Notes under the pieces: model-generated | What the model saw: the letters and a program-made list of their open reading frames with translations, nothing else | Databases searched by the model: none | What the model was told of the DNA's origin: nothing | Assembly: GCF_001194135.2 (NCBI RefSeq) | Contig: NC_068992.1 | Span: forward strand, 60,263,267 to 60,327,266 | Source: Octopus bimaculoides | Taxonomy: Eukaryota | Direction of reading: 5' to 3' | Length of the DNA stretch: 64,000 nucleotides | In this document: positions 39,800 through 55,053 of the stretch, piece by piece | How positions within the stretch are numbered: the first letter of the stretch is position 1 | Layout: the number at the start of each line of letters is the position of its first letter | Translations under genes and position numbers: made by a program

Positions 39800-42329
39800 T
39801 GTATGTATGTATGTATGTATGCATATGTACTTACGCATACATCTATATAAATGTATATATGTATATAGTTTAAAGATGTACTTATCAGTAACATAAATAC
39901 AATGATTACGAATAAAAGGACTGAGTATAAATGTAATGTCAGATATTTCAAAAACTTTTGTTGATTGTAACTTTGAAATTCAGTCAATAATACTGCGAAA
40001 CGTCGCATCCTCAATCTTGAAATTATAATAGTTTTAAATATATGTATATGTATGTATGTGTGTGTGTGTGTGGGGGGGGGTATACCCACATATATACACA
40101 GATATGTATGTAAGCCTACCATTTTGACTTTGGTATACATATAGCGAACTACGTGTCTATATAGACACTCTTACTCGCACACACACTCACACACACGCAC
40201 ACACACATATATGTATATATATATANNNNNNNNNNNNNNNNNNNNNNNNNNNNNNNNNNNNNNNNNNNNNNNNNNNNNNNNNNNNNNNNNNNNNNNNNNN
40301 NNNNNNNNNNNNNNNNNNNNNNNNNNNNNNNNNNNNNNNNNNNNNNNNNNNNNNNNNNNNNNNNNNNNNNNNNNNNNNNNNNNNNNNNNNNNNNNNNNNN
40401 NNNNNNNNNNNNNNNNNNNNNNNNNNNNNNNNNNNNNNNNNNNNNNNNNNNNNNNNNNNNNNNNNNNNNNNNNNNNNNNNNNNNNNNNNNNNNNNNNNNN
40501 NNNNNNNNNNNNNNNNNNNNNNNNNNNNNNNNNNNNNNNNNNNNNNNNNNNNNNNNNNNNNNNNNNNNNNNNNNNNNNNNNNNNNNNNNNNNNNNNNNNN
40601 NNNNNNNNNNNNNNNNNNNNNNNNNNNNNNNNNNNNNNNNNNNNNNNNNNNNNNNNNNNNNNNNNNNNNNNNNNNNNNNNNNNNNNNNNNNNNNNNNNNN
40701 NNNNNNNNNNNNNNNNNNNNNNNNNNNNNNNNNNNNNNNNNNNNNNNNNNNNNNNNNNNNNNNNNNNNNNNNNNNNNNNNNNNNNNNNNNNNNNNNNNNN
40801 NNNNNNNNNNNNNNNNNNNNNNNNNNNNNNNNNNNNNNNNNNNNNNNNNNNNNNNNNNNNNNNNNNNNNNNNNNNNNNNNNNNNNNNNNNNNNNNNNNNN
40901 NNNNNNNNNNNNNNNNNNNNNNNNNNNNNNNNNNNNNNNNNNNNNNNNNNNNNNNNNNNNNNNNNNNNNNNNNNNNNNNNNNNNNNNNNNNNNNNNNNNN
41001 NNNNNNNNNNNNNNNNNNNNNNNNNNNNNNNNNNNNNNNNNNNNNNNNNNNNNNNNNNNNNNNNNNNNNNNNNNNNNNNNNNNNNNNNNNNNNNNNNNNN
41101 NNNNNNNNNNNNNNNNNNNNNNNTATATATACATATATATGTATACATATATACATATTTCCGTCTTGCAAATCCACTCAGGCTTTAGTCGGCCTGAGGC
41201 GATAGTAGACGTCACTTGATGTATTTGTCTGGTAAGAGATTTTGTCAGACAGCGTCAGTTGAAACTAAGCTTTAATTCCGTGTCGATATGTATGCGTAGG
41301 TAAGTGAATGAAAGTTTATGTAAAAGAAAGAAAGAGAAAGGGAGAGAGAGAGAGAGATTGTATATACACTTTGTGCAACAGTATATTCCTCTGACTATAT
41401 GCTTCATGAGAGAATATACGCAATGGACGTTCTTTAGTAAACTACCCATAAATAATGGCTGAGACTCTTTGTATTCCGATTGATTTGGCCGTTTTATTTA
41501 ATTGATGAGAAGAGAAACTACTTCTTGTCCATTTACTTCGTAACAACGATAATTAAAAATTGACTGTAAAACCATAATTAATTTATTTCTCATTGATTCT
41601 ACCGTTCAGTTTTAATTATCATCGCTACGAAGAAAATTATCAAGATATAGACATTCTCCTCGTCATCATCCCCATCAAACAAATGGACCAAATAATGTTG
41701 ATAATCACGATGTTGCGTTCCCATTAATGCCATGTTTGTGTGAGATTTTCGAAATCAGCGCCTGCAAATTATTGCTATTTTCTCTCGGATTCCAATCCTC
41801 GATAACATTTCTAATATCCTTCGTTTCTGCAGCATTGTCTGCTTCCAGAGCTGGCGGGTTGCGTCACCATCGATCAAACTTGGCTTTGTCCTAGTAATGG
41901 ACTTTTGTTCTTAGAAAAAGAACAACACTAATCATTGCATTAACTGATAATGTCCTTGGTGGTGATATAGTAAATATATGATATAACCAGTTAGTTGATT
42001 GTAATCACTTCAGGGAAACATGAAATTTCCTCACTCATTATATGGTGAAATGGCACGTTTTCCACTTTTAAATTGGTATTATCAACTTACAAAGGAAACC
42101 ATTTATCAGACTGGTTCACTCGGAAGCATGTTAGAAATAACAGAAAAAATTCCCTTCAAATTGCGCTCAGCGGTTTTACATTCAGAGAACACACATTCGG
42201 TAATGTAGACATATAATTCTTAGAAAATTTAAAACAACAAAATCGATGATGTTGAAAAAAATATCTATTTGTTTCAAATTCTGGCATAAGGTCAGCAATT
42301 GAGGGAGAGAGCGGTAAACAGACGACATC

Positions 42330-43375
42330 GACATCCCTGTGATCAACTGCTACGTTTTTTATCGGCCTCGAAAGGATGAAAGACAAAGTCGACCCCGGCG
42401 GAGGAAAATACTATGAAATATTCGTTTCAAATTTTGGCTGGGAGCTAGCAACCTGGGAGAGGGAGTAAGTCGATTGCATCGACCCCAGGTTGGTACTTAT
42501 TTCATCGACTTCGAAATGCAAACTCGAACTCAGCGGAAGAAAATAAACCTTTGTACAATAAGCACAAGGCCTAAAATTTGTGGGGAGCGGGTAAGTCTAT
42601 CACATCGACTCCAGTACTTGACTGGTACTTAATTTATGGACTTCGAAAGGATGAAAGGCAAAGTTGTTGACGGTGGAATTTTAACTCCGTATTTTGCTTG
42701 TCTTTAAGTTCTAAGGCATTTTGCCCAATGTCTTAGGATTCTGCCAGCTCGACGTCTTAACGGAAGAGAATTTTAAAAAAATGTTAAATAGAGGCAAAAT
42801 ATTCTATATTTATCAGCTTCACTTCCTAATCAACAATGCAAATTTGCATATGTTAATATCCCATGTAAGTTACACAATACATTATAAGTGGCATGGGCAT
42901 GTTTTATAAACACACCTTTAGTTTCGCAAACCTATTTACATTTTATCCACAAACGTCCGCCCTTAGGTTAATTTATATATCCACCAACAAACAGAAATGG
43001 AAATGTGGAAAACAAATGCTAGTTATTGATAGCAATTTTTATAAGAAGTAAGAATGTAACCTGTTTTCTGTTTCTCTCTCTGTCTCATTCTGTCTGTCTG
43101 CTTCTCTCTCTGTCTCATTCTGTCTGTCTGTCTCTCTCTCTCTTTAACGAAGGAACGAACTAAACACTTAACCCATGAGGCGATAGCTGCATATCTGTTT
43201 GTTTTGCGAGAAAATGTCAAACAACATTTCTTGCGGATTTTTACGTACTGAGTTCAAACCTCGATAAAGTTCAATTCACCTTGCCTTTATTCGGGATCAC
43301 TAAAATTAAATATTTGTCAAATACGTGGGACGACAATATCAATTGACCCCCTACCCCAAAACTCCAGACCTGCCT
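42330..43375. mobile_element. Cluster of SINE family A copies (minus: about 42330-42405, 42415-42535, 42545-42765; plus: about 43175-43375)
   Basis: Repeated GAAAGGATGAAAG.CAAAGT and CACAAGGCC.AAATTT motifs. Confidence 0.7.
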
Positions 43376-43690
43376 TTCTTTCCAAAATTATTAATTCTTT
43401 CAACGTTTGCAGCAGTCGTTCGGTATGAAAGGAGACCTAACAATATTATCAAATAATAATGCTAGCTCAGCGAAAATGTAGTGATACAGTTGTAAAGGCA
43501 TAGGCTTCAAGTCTAAGTTTGCATCAAGCAAGGTTACTGAATCGATATATTCCTGTTCTGTTAAGTTTATGTGGTTAACGTTTAGTATGAGAAATTGTTG
43601 ACTGGCGAAATATATATAACAGCATGTTCGATATATAGATGTTTTCTTCTCTGGGAATAGAATATAGCTAAAAAAACCATGAAGAATATA

Positions 43691-43725
<35 letters not shown>

Positions 43726-45814
43726 TTATCTATCTACAATCTATCTATCTATCCTATCCGTCCATCCATCCATCCATCCATCCATTCACCCATCCATCCG
43801 TTTGCCTGTATGTCTGTCTGTCTGTCTGTTTGTCTGTATGTCTGTCTACCTGTCTGCCTGTCTGTCAATCTATCTGTCGATCTATCCACCTACCTATCTG
43901 TCTCTGTATGTCTCTGTCTTTTTCTCTGTATGTATGTATGTATGTATGTACCTATCTATTTATCTATATATCTATCTATCTATCTATCTATCGATTAATT
44001 TTTCTACATAACCATATATACACACACATATATGTAAGTAAATGCGTACATACAGACATATACATACAAATACAGACGCGCATATATATGTTGATGTGTG
44101 NNNNNNNNNNNNNNNNNNNNNNNNNNNNNNNNNNNNNNNNNNNNNNNNNNNNNNNNNNNNNNNNNNNNNNNNNNNNNNNNNNNNNNNNNNNNNNNNNNNN
44201 NNNNNNNNNNNNNNNNNNNNNNNNNNNNNNNNNNNNNNNNNNNNNNNNNNNNNNNNNNNNNNNNNNNNNNNNNNNNNNNNNNNNNNNNNNNNNNNNNNNN
44301 NNNNNNNNNNNNNNNNNNNNNNNNNNNNNNNNNNNNNNNNNNNNNNNNNNNNNNNNNNNNNNNNNNNNNNNNNNNNNNNNNNNNNNNNNNNNNNNNNNNN
44401 NNNNNNNNNNNNNNNNNNNNNNNNNNNNNNNNNNNNNNNNNNNNNNNNNNNNNNNNNNNNNNNNNNNNNNNNNNNNNNNNNNNNNNNNNNNNNNNNNNNN
44501 NNNNNNNNNNNNNNNNNNNNNNNNNNNNNNNNNNNNNNNNNNNNNNNNNNNNNNNNNNNNNNNNNNNNNNNNNNNNNNNNNNNNNNNNNNNNNNNNNNNN
44601 NNNNNNNNNNNNNNNNNNNNNNNNNNNNTATATTATATATATGCTATATATATATATATACATATATATATGTAATATATATATATATATTATATATATG
44701 CTATATATATATATATACACATACATATATATGTATAGGCATACATACATACATAAATATGTGCATACATGCATGCATACAATTTTGAAGTCTAAATCTC
44801 TTGTTATTCATAACAAGCATGGTAATAATCAATTACTGACTTATTCCTGTCTGGAATTATTCCTTTTAATGTCTAATATCATTAACACGAAAACGCTTAC
44901 ACGTCCCTCAGCCACCATATATATATATACACACACAGATGTCTCTCTGTGTGTACATATGTACATATGTTTGTATATCTATGTATATATGTGCATATAT
45001 ACGCACACATATATTACGTTACGTTATTTGTGTGTGTGTGTGTGTTCTGTGACTCTTGTGTTCCTGCGTTGTGCGTTTCGAACTAAAACATTTACAAGTT
45101 CTATTTAAAATACAATGTAATGGACCAAGATAAACTTTGATATCAACACGGAAATTACATATTAATAAATTAGTTTAATCTGCTGAGTATTGATAGAAAA
45201 TTGTTAATTATTCAAACAACAGTGAAATTATCGTTTGGGAGGTATTTGGCCTTCAGCGGAAATTTCTTGAGGCCGCCATTATTTGAAAACACATCTCTTA
45301 TTACGTTCTCTGACTAATTGCTTTTAAATTATTAGTATTGATGAACCACGTAATGAGCTGAATCCTAGCCATGGAAAGAGCAATTCCATATATATATATA
45401 TANNNNNNNNNNNNNNNNNNNNNNNNNNNNNNNNNNNNNNNNNNNNNNNNNNNNNNNNNNNNNNNNNNNNNNNNNNNNNNNNNNNNNNNNNNNNNNNNNN
45501 NNNNNNNNNNNNNNNNATATATATGTATGTATGTATATACATACACACACATAACACACACATATATATTCATGTATGTATGCATGTGTGTGTATATATG
45601 TGCGTATACACATACACACATAGATATGTATGCGTAAGAATGTATATATGTAAATATTATGCATGTTCATATAAATGTATGTATATACACAATCGCTGAC
45701 ACGCGCATATACAGACACACACTCTCCTCTACTCACAGATAACCCATACAAAGGTACATGCGGGCATACTCATACACGAACACAAAAATATATACACTGT
45801 AGTAAGGAAAAACT

Positions 45815-46168
45815 ATACGCAACGCATTAGTAAAGTCGTTAAGGCATCGAACGAAATGCTGTACGGTATTTATTCGAACATATTGCGGTTTGAGTTCAAA
45901 ACCCGCCGAGGTCATCATTGTCTTTTATCTTTCAGGAGCAATGAATTGAGAGCAAGGCGTTGAACTGCAGAGCATGTATGTAAAAATAAAAAAATCATTG
46001 GCACCGCCTTTTCTTCTTATTAAACAATTAAAAAATTCTGTTCTACTCTAGGCACAAGGCCCGAAATTTTGGGGGAGGGGGCGGTCGATTAGATCGACCG
46101 CAGTACGCAACTGCTACTTAATTTATCGACCTCGAAAGGATGAAAGGCAAAGTCAACCTCGTCGGAAT
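45815..46168. mobile_element. Two oppositely oriented SINE family A copies (plus about 45815-45950; minus 46036-46168)
   Basis: GAGTTCAAAACCCGCCGAGGTC on the plus strand; TTCTACTCTAGGCACAAGGCCCG.. is the reverse-oriented tail. Confidence 0.8.
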
Positions 46169-46224
46169 ATAGTAATTATATATATATACATACATACATA
46201 CATATAGATATATGTATATGCATA

Positions 46225-46259
<35 letters not shown>

Positions 46260-47599
46260 ATATAAATAAATTTTAAATATCATTGCAATACAATAGTATC
46301 ACTTTCCAGCCAAATAAAGCACCGTACAGGTAGAATTATAAATAAGAAATAGTGGTACGACAAGGCACAAATGTTTGCTGCAAATATTATTGTATTGCAA
46401 TAATATTTAAAATTTAAACTGATCTCAGTTGATAACGGCTAGGCGTTCAGCCGAATATACTGCCAAGATGTAGCGATATTTTAAAATTCCGTCACATGTG
46501 AATCTAGCTGATGAGGATTAATCAAGTTTACGATAGCAACCGTTTTATAGTAAGTCCGAAAATCGGATCCTCGATTGCCAATTCTGTGTTGCCCACTTTT
46601 GCGATGTTTTGCCTAGATGTAAGACAAAAATCTTTTATGTTCGCTGCCCGCATACATCTTTACCAGTATATATTTCAATGAAGATTTACATAGCGTCGTA
46701 TTGCTATCGAGTGCTAAACACTGATGCCTTGTCGTACCACTATTTCTTATATATAAATATATATATATATATATATANNNNNNNNNNNNNNNNNNNNNNN
46801 NNNNNNNNNNNNNNNNNNNNNNNNNNNNNNNNNNNNNNNNNNNNNNNNNNNNNNNNNNNNNNNNNNNNNNNNNNNNNNNNNNNNNNNNNNNNNNNNNNNN
46901 NNNNNNNNNNNNNNNNNNNNNNNNNNNNNNNNNNNNNNNNNNNNNNNNNNNNNNNNNNNNNNNNNNNNNNNNNNNNNNNNNNNNNNNNNNNNNNNNNNNN
47001 NNNNNNNNNNNNNNNNNNNNNNNNNNNNNNNNNNNNNNNNNNNNNNNNNNNNNNNNNNNNNNNNNNNNNNNNNNNNNNNNNNNNNNNNNNNNNNNNNNNN
47101 NNNNNNNNNNNNNNNNNNNNNNNNNNNNNNNNNNNNNNNNNNNNNNNNNNNNNNNNNNNNNNNNNNNNNNNNNNNNNNNNNNNNNNNNNNNNNNNNNNNN
47201 NNNNNNNNNNNNNNNNNNNNNNNNNNNNNNNNNNNNNNNNNNNNNNNNNNNNNNNNNNNNNNNNNNNNNNNNNNNNNNNNNNNNNNNNNNNNNNNNNNNN
47301 NNNNNNNNNNNNNNNNNNNNNNNNNNNNNNNNNNNNNNNNNNNNNNNNNNNNNNNNNNNNNNNNNNNNNNNNNNNNNNNNNNNNNNNNNNNNNNNNNNNN
47401 NNNNNNNNNNNNNNNNNNNNNNNNNNNNNNNNNNNNNNNNNNNNNNNNNNNNNNNNNNNNNNNNNNNNNNNNNNNNNNNNNNNNNNNNNNNNNNNNNNNN
47501 NNNNNNNNNNNNNNNNNNNNNNNNNNNNNNNNNNNNNNNNNNNNNNNNNNNNNNNNNNNNNNNNNNNNNNNNNNNNNNNNNNNNNNNNNNTATATATAT

Positions 47600-48066
47600 A
47601 TGGTGGTTGTGTATCTCTTATGCAGAGTCTGGCCGTCTTCTGTACCTACAGCTTAGATCTATCATGGCGACTGATGTGAGTTTTTTAAACCAGACAATAT
47701 TTTGAAAAGACATCCACATAGATTATATATCCGATGTGGACGACGAAGAGCTGCAGTTAAGTTCTGATCTTTGTGGATCTTAAAATGTCTTTTGAGGCCT
47801 CCGTTATATTTGTGGACCTTCTGGTATACATTGCATTGAAAGGTGTGCACAGACATGTAGGCAGAATAGTTGGTGAATATTCGTTTTTCATGGGTCCGCA
47901 ATTGAGATTTGAGCTCAGCAAAGGAAAGGCATCGTCCGTCACAAATTGTGCACACAAAAACGTCATTGTGATTCACCTTCTCGATCGTAACGTTCTTCCT
48001 TAAATCTCTTTTGAATCTTCCATGCATTATCCTGGCCTCTTCAACTGCTTTCACTCTATTCCACAG
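47600..48066 (-). mobile_element. RTE-like LINE 3' end encoding three tandem C2H2-type zinc fingers (degenerate)
   Basis: KLWNRVKAVEEARIMHGRFKRDLRK, then CTICDGRCLSFAELKSQLRTH, CNVYQKVHKYNGGLKRHFKIH and NLCGCLFKILSGLKNSH. A short UTR runs into a (TA)n tail at the gap edge. Confidence 0.7.
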
Positions 48067-48127
48067 TTTTGAATATATGTACATATATGTATGTACGTAT
48101 ATGTATGTACGTACATATACATAAGTA

Positions 48128-48218
<91 letters not shown>

Positions 48219-48371
48219 ATAATCATCGATTCTTCTCTGAAATATTTATCAGACCCAAATTAAAATGCCAAAGAGGTGACATTTCTCTAATGAATTATCA
48301 ATATATATCAAGTTTATTAGAAAATGTCAAGAGACAATTTGTGCGTCGGTGCCACAAAGTACATAATAGCA

Positions 48372-48446
<75 letters not shown>

Positions 48447-48821
48447 ATTATTAATATTTTGTAAATAAAAACTAAACTATATCGATTGCAATCAGTAATA
48501 AACTTTGAACGGAGAAATATTCATTCTGAAATTAGCATTTTTACAATTTTCTTTAGAATTTGTGGAAGAGTTATTTTTTGTCAAACTTAGGGTTAGAGGT
48601 CAAAGTTCATCGTCCTGTGTATATGAAGGCAAAATCAGTTATCAGGTTGGCAGCGTCTAACACCACAACATCTAGCTAACTGTCTGTCTTATATCTGTCT
48701 GTTTGACTTCGTCTATCTATTTGTCGCTATCTACCTATCTGTCTAATCCCTCGACTATCGCAGGTGTTACGCTTCAAAATCCCCCCACGACAGGTGAACC
48801 GTGATCTGGCGAGTGATTACA

Positions 48822-48863
<42 letters not shown>

Positions 48864-48864
48864 G

Positions 48865-49581
48865 CTAGCTGACGTACCCGGTAATTCCCGGGAAAGCGAG
48901 GCTTATCCCTTCGTTCTGTTCTCATAATTGTTTCGCTAATCCAATAACAGCAATACAAAGTGTGTAGCCCTTAAAACGGTTTTTGTGCATTTACAGAGAA
49001 TACCGAACTGTCTTACACAGGATCTTGTTTTTAGGAATTCCCAATAAGGTATGTATACTAAAATCGTGAAGCATGTGACGTAATAACAGGCTAATCCCAT
49101 ATGAGATAATAACAATTCAAAGCAAATAACTCTGAAAAGAGTTTTTGTGCGTTCCCAGAGAATATTACCCTCAGATGCGCTAGTGTTGGGATATTCGTGA
49201 ATAAGTCACTAACCGAAATAAATGGATCCATTGTTTAGGAAAATACTATTTACTTGTTTAAGGGTTGTATTGGGAAAAATTGCGAAAATGACTCTAACAG
49301 TTCAAATACTAAAAAATAAGCATACTCAATTTCATTTTTACCAATTAATTTAGGAAAGTGAACGGGTTATTTCCCTTGGTTTTAAAACAAAATATATTAG
49401 ATATATATAAGGATCCCTTCCAGGTTGTTAACGATTTTTCAACAATCTGAGTATGCTGTGAGGTTTCCAGACATGAGTTCTACTCACGTGTCATGTTTCA
49501 TTACAATCGATAAAATGATGTAGGACGAGTTAGCTAACAACTTCACAAAGACACCCACAGACAGAATTTCCCACATATGTA

Positions 49582-49585
<4 letters not shown>
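48865..49585 (-). mobile_element. Non-autonomous Helitron-type element
   Basis: The minus-strand 3' end has the hairpin CCCGG-GAATTA-CCGGG followed by CTAG (48865-48892). The other end is a ..ACAGACAGAATTTCCCACATATGTAGTATA segment merging into (TA)n. Confidence 0.7.
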
Positions 49586-49622
<37 letters not shown>

Positions 49623-49634
49623 TANNNNNNNNNN

Positions 49635-49702
<68 letters not shown>

Positions 49703-51519
49703 TTGAAAAAATATGCATATGTTTATATATTGATATATCTATGTGTGTGTTTTGTGCGTGTATGTGTATGTGTCTTGCAAGGAATTCAAAATTTTCAATT
49801 TCAATTGAATCCTATCGACGGAGGGTAGAAAATCCCATACACAAACACGTATACACACAAACACACACACATACATACGTATATACATGTATACATGTGT
49901 CGTATATATAAAGATAGATACATGTGTGTGTGTATATATATATATAGATAGATACATACATATATGTGTATGTGTAGGAATACAAATGTGTGTTTGTGCG
50001 GAGAGATAGACAGATAAAGAGAGAAATAAATAGAAGGATGAGGCGTGGATAGGAAATAATAATATTTATATTGCACCTTGTAGGGTGTTTAAACTTTAAA
50101 AGTTGTGACGTTGAGCATTTGTAGATTCATTGAAATTTGTGCGATATGAAGAATATCAAATAAGGATATAAATTAAGAAAGAACACATTGAAATCAAAGT
50201 GCGGCTCTAATATATTCGCTATATCAATAGGAGGGTAAGTGGGGGTTTAAACAAAACGGAAATTTCTAGAGTGAAGATGGAAAGATATAATTATAGTGCT
50301 TTATAATTAATTATAAAGGTTCGTAATAAAAACAGGTTTAAATCATATTTGAATGATAAATCAAATATGTTTTTCTCGAAGGGGAAATAATTACTCTTAT
50401 TAATGTGCCGTATACATTACATCAGGAATAATTACATATAGTATTGAAACTTGCATAAGCGGCAATTATTGTCTTTTTTAATCAATGGGTTTCGATCATT
50501 AGCTGTAATATAGAATGATTTATTCTGAAATATAATAAAAATTTCATATTTGTTTTGGTTTGAGGATGAATTTAAAAAAGAATATCCAAGAATTAAATTT
50601 AAGAATATTTTATAAAAATGAATGCCATGCAAATTGTTATAAGGAATAATTGTATTTTCTGTCTATTCTATTTTAGTCTTAAAATTTACAGTGCATTAAA
50701 TGTAAGAGAATGTGTTATGATTTATAAGAGAATGTGTTATGATTTAAGTTGTTTCGCAGTCGAGCGTGAGCATATGATAATGTGTAACTATTAAAAGAGC
50801 TGATCTTAATATAATAGAAAACAATTGGATACACGATGGCTATACAAATAGCTACTGCTAAAACTAATTAATTATGCAAACCTTGGCTTGGGTTTATGCT
50901 TGGATGGTAGTAAGTAATTTGCTAATCTTGAGGAAATTGTAAATTGAATTTTAATGGTAAGTGCATCCCCTTAATACATAATATTTTACTGAATGGTGCA
51001 ATGTTATCTCCTTTTGTTTAACGAAGGAATACTTTTTAAAATTATATGCATTCCAAGATTTATTGAAGCTTATTGTACATTAAAAGACTATTCCTGGACT
51101 GGGTGGTGTGTAGTGTTCGTGAGTAAATACCTCATCTCACGTTGTTCTGCGATAACTTCGAAATCTGATGTGTGGTTGACCGCACCTATTAAGGGAACGT
51201 CAGTTTGATGGGAGTAAGCTAATATTCAACACATACATTTGATCACTATAAACAAATCATTTGTGCAAATTATTGGCACGTGTTGTTCAGCAGAACTGCT
51301 TTTTCGGACTACGACAGACAACCATCATTATATAATTTTTCAGAGTGAAGCTTAACAATCTATAATGAGTGAATAAGAGGTAAGGCTAGACACTTTTAAT
51401 ATATATATTTGCATGCATGCATTCATTTTGTGTATATAAATATATATTTATATATACATATATTTATATATACATATATTTATATATACATATATTTATA
51501 TATACATATATTTATATAT

Positions 51520-51599
<80 letters not shown>

Positions 51600-51601
51600 A
51601 C

Positions 51602-51633
<32 letters not shown>

Positions 51634-51725
51634 TTACGTATATATATGGATACATATGTGTATAGACACTCATACAAACAAGTATATATTTATGTATCCT
51701 TGCTTATGTTTACAAGTTCTGATAC

Positions 51726-51764
<39 letters not shown>

Positions 51765-54380
51765 TACATACATATATAGACAGTTTGTCACTTACAGACC
51801 TATGTAGGTATGTATGTATTCATATATGTAGTCAAGGCATAAATGTATTTCAAGGCTAATATGTTAATGATTTCAAAAGTGGGAACATGGCAGAAATATA
51901 TAAATATGAAGCAGATGATATAACAAAACAAAGATGCGAGATAGCGAATGAAGAAACTGGAGAATATGAGTAAATTACTGCAGTTATAACAGTTTGTAGG
52001 TGTAACGAAAACAAAGAAATGTTCAATGGTATTGTGAATTGATTGATAGGTGAGTAGGCAATTAAGGTATAACGAGCTGGTAATGAAATCTTGCTTCATA
52101 TAGATGTATTGCTTAAAGTACCTAGTCATTCCTCGAGATATTGATTTTTAAAATTATTTTGATCAGTTATGTTACGTTCTGTAATTGTATCGTACCTGGG
52201 TAATTATGAGACAATTATAGAATATACATATGTGCGTATATGCGGTAGATATTTACCTATTTGTATAAGTAATTTTTGACAAGTATTTTGAGTTTCTAAA
52301 TATTCTGTATCTTCATGAAGAGACTACGTATGAATAGCTATTAAACAGATAAATGTTGGGGAACATATATTCATTGCTTCGTTCCGAATTCCCATTTGTT
52401 AATACACACACACGAACACACATACACGCACGCACGCAAGCACACACACACACATACATAAATACATACATACATACATACATACATACATACATACATA
52501 CATACATACACACACACACTAAACTATAATTTATTAGTGTCTTATACGACACTATCATGTCATAGATTCGGAAAGGTCTCTTAGAACATAATGCAAAAAT
52601 GAAAGCATTGAGACGCTTTCGAAAGATGACGGTTACCGTTGTTCTATCTCCCGACCTACACTGATGTGGGACAGACCTCAATATATAATATGTACATAAT
52701 AGGAAAATAAAATACATACTTTCACAATAGTGACTCTAGATCTACTCATAATATAGAAGTTATATAAGAAATCAAATGTGCAGAGCTTGAATATAACAGC
52801 GCAGTCTATAATAACATCCAGCTGTGTTAAAGTCGATTGTCCCTTCTTTCAGGTAGTAAAGAAAAATATATAAAGGAAATTGAATGAAAAGAAGTTCGAA
52901 AAGTCGTATAAAAGAGACTTAGTGTACTCTTTAACCCGTGTCTGTTTTCCAGAAAGACAGATTTGTCAATACTTGTATTGTATTTCAAAGATTGTTTCTA
53001 TATTCTGCCAATGAAATCAGATGAACTTGTAATACTTATAGACGCCATTGACTCATTGTAATGTAGAATGTTAAGCTTGAATCAATGTTTAGCATTATCT
53101 GCTGTCAATAGAAAGCGGAACTTGAAGTCACTATCTTACTGGTATTCGTTAAGTTATAACACTCGGAACTTGGTAACATGTACCATATATTTACTAATCG
53201 TTTTATTGCCCACGCAGTCGCAATGAGACCTTACACTGGAAAGAGAGATGTCTAACCATTTTATTAGTACTCAATTCTTTCATCTGGAAACGAAACAACG
53301 TGAAATGAAGTGAACCCCTAACTCAAGCTCACAATACATTGCTCAGCCAGGGAATCGAATGCAAAACTTTACGGGCATGAAACTGACACCATTAACTTCT
53401 CGGCCACGAACCTTCATTCCTCAGAACTTTATCACAATGTCAGTTATTCATTTTACAGCGTCTACTCAAAAGAAATACTTCGTAAATAGCTATGCTGTAA
53501 TATCTGTCTGATATTTGAATAATAAATACGATAAAACTACGTGAACTAATATTTTTCGTATGTAAAATGGAAGAAAATTATATTTATATAAAATTAAATT
53601 GATAATAAATTGATAATAATGATAAAGCATAATAGATGAAGTTTGAAGTCTTTAATTTCACCTAAAACGAAAAATGTTGAAGATTTTAGTATATTAGATT
53701 ATGGTTTCTCATATAATGATCTGAAATATAAAACAGTTTTCTTTGAAATAACTTTTGATTCTGAAATAATTTATGATACGAAGTTACAAGTCTAAGTTAG
53801 GAGACAGAAAATGAAGGTTTCTTGCTTGTCTACAAATTTCAGCTGTTATGCGTAATGTTCTTTGGAATAAAACGAAAATGAACTAAAATGAAATAAAATA
53901 AAATGAAATATAAACAAATATAATAAAACAAAAAGATGTGCAGTATTTCAAGAACAAAATTACTTCGTGTAAAATGTATTTTCAATTTCTATTCAAAAAT
54001 GTTATCTCGTCAACTGTCGCATTAACAAACTCTTTAATTTTGAGTTCGCAGAAGTGGGGTGATTTAATGTAAAATATGGCTGTTATCGCTTCAAAACATA
54101 TTATTGAGTTCTCTTGTTTAGGCCGCAGGTCAATATTTAAAGACGAAGTCCAGCAATGGCCGATTAAAATAAACTTACTCTAATGTTAACTTATTTAATA
54201 CTGAGAGCATCAAATATACACTTCTTATATTCCAGCTCTTTTTCTTATTCTGTGATCAAATCCAATCGAGCTCAACTTTGTATTCTATTTCAATAAAATA
54301 GATTACCAGACAAGTCGTAGGGTTGATGTAATCGAGTAACCACTCTTTACAATTTTTGAGCCATCACTAGGAAGGATTAT

Positions 54381-54894
54381 TTAGCGCTCGCAGAATCGTT
54401 AGCACATCGGATGAAATGTTTAGCGGCATTTCGTCCGTCTATACGTTCGGAGATCGTATTCCACCGTCTCTGTGACTTGAATGTTAAGTCACCGCACACT
54501 TCAAACACAGTACTGACAAATCATCAGTGACTCATCGACTCAGTGTTGCCAAGCATCGGTGATTGATTGACTCAGATAGCTAGATTTATGATTTCATTAG
54601 GTTAATTCTATTCATGAACATTCTTAGACCGTTAGCTTCACATTTCAACAGCTTAACTGAAATTTAACCCACGCAACAGGAACTGAGAGGGATATCGTGA
54701 AACAGAGACATTGTGGGTGATCCAGATAATTTGACATTATTTTTGGATACTGCATGCAAAAACATATAAGATGCAAGGATTCCTTTTCTTGGGACAAGTT
54801 CTTTGTTGACCAGTGTTATAAGGGTCGATGTAAGGGACTACTCTCCCCTTGATTATCGCTGCTCTATTTGCCAAAATTCTTCTTGTTCTTGCTC

Positions 54895-54929
<35 letters not shown>

Positions 54930-55022
54930 CTTCTTCTTCTTCTTCTTCTTCTTCTTCTTCTTCTTCTTCTTCTTCTTCTTCTTCTTGTTTTTGTTGTTGT
55001 TGTTGTTGTTGTTCTTCTTCTT

Positions 55023-55053
<31 letters not shown>

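Noticed and set aside
44629-44740. Duplicated TA-rich block beside a gap
   Set aside because: Low complexity and adjacent to a scaffold gap, so probably slippage or an assembly artefact.
50700-50745. 22-bp tandem duplication TAAGAGAATGTGTTATGATTTA
   Set aside because: Ordinary local duplication; similar ones occur near 37300 and 43070, with no further structure.
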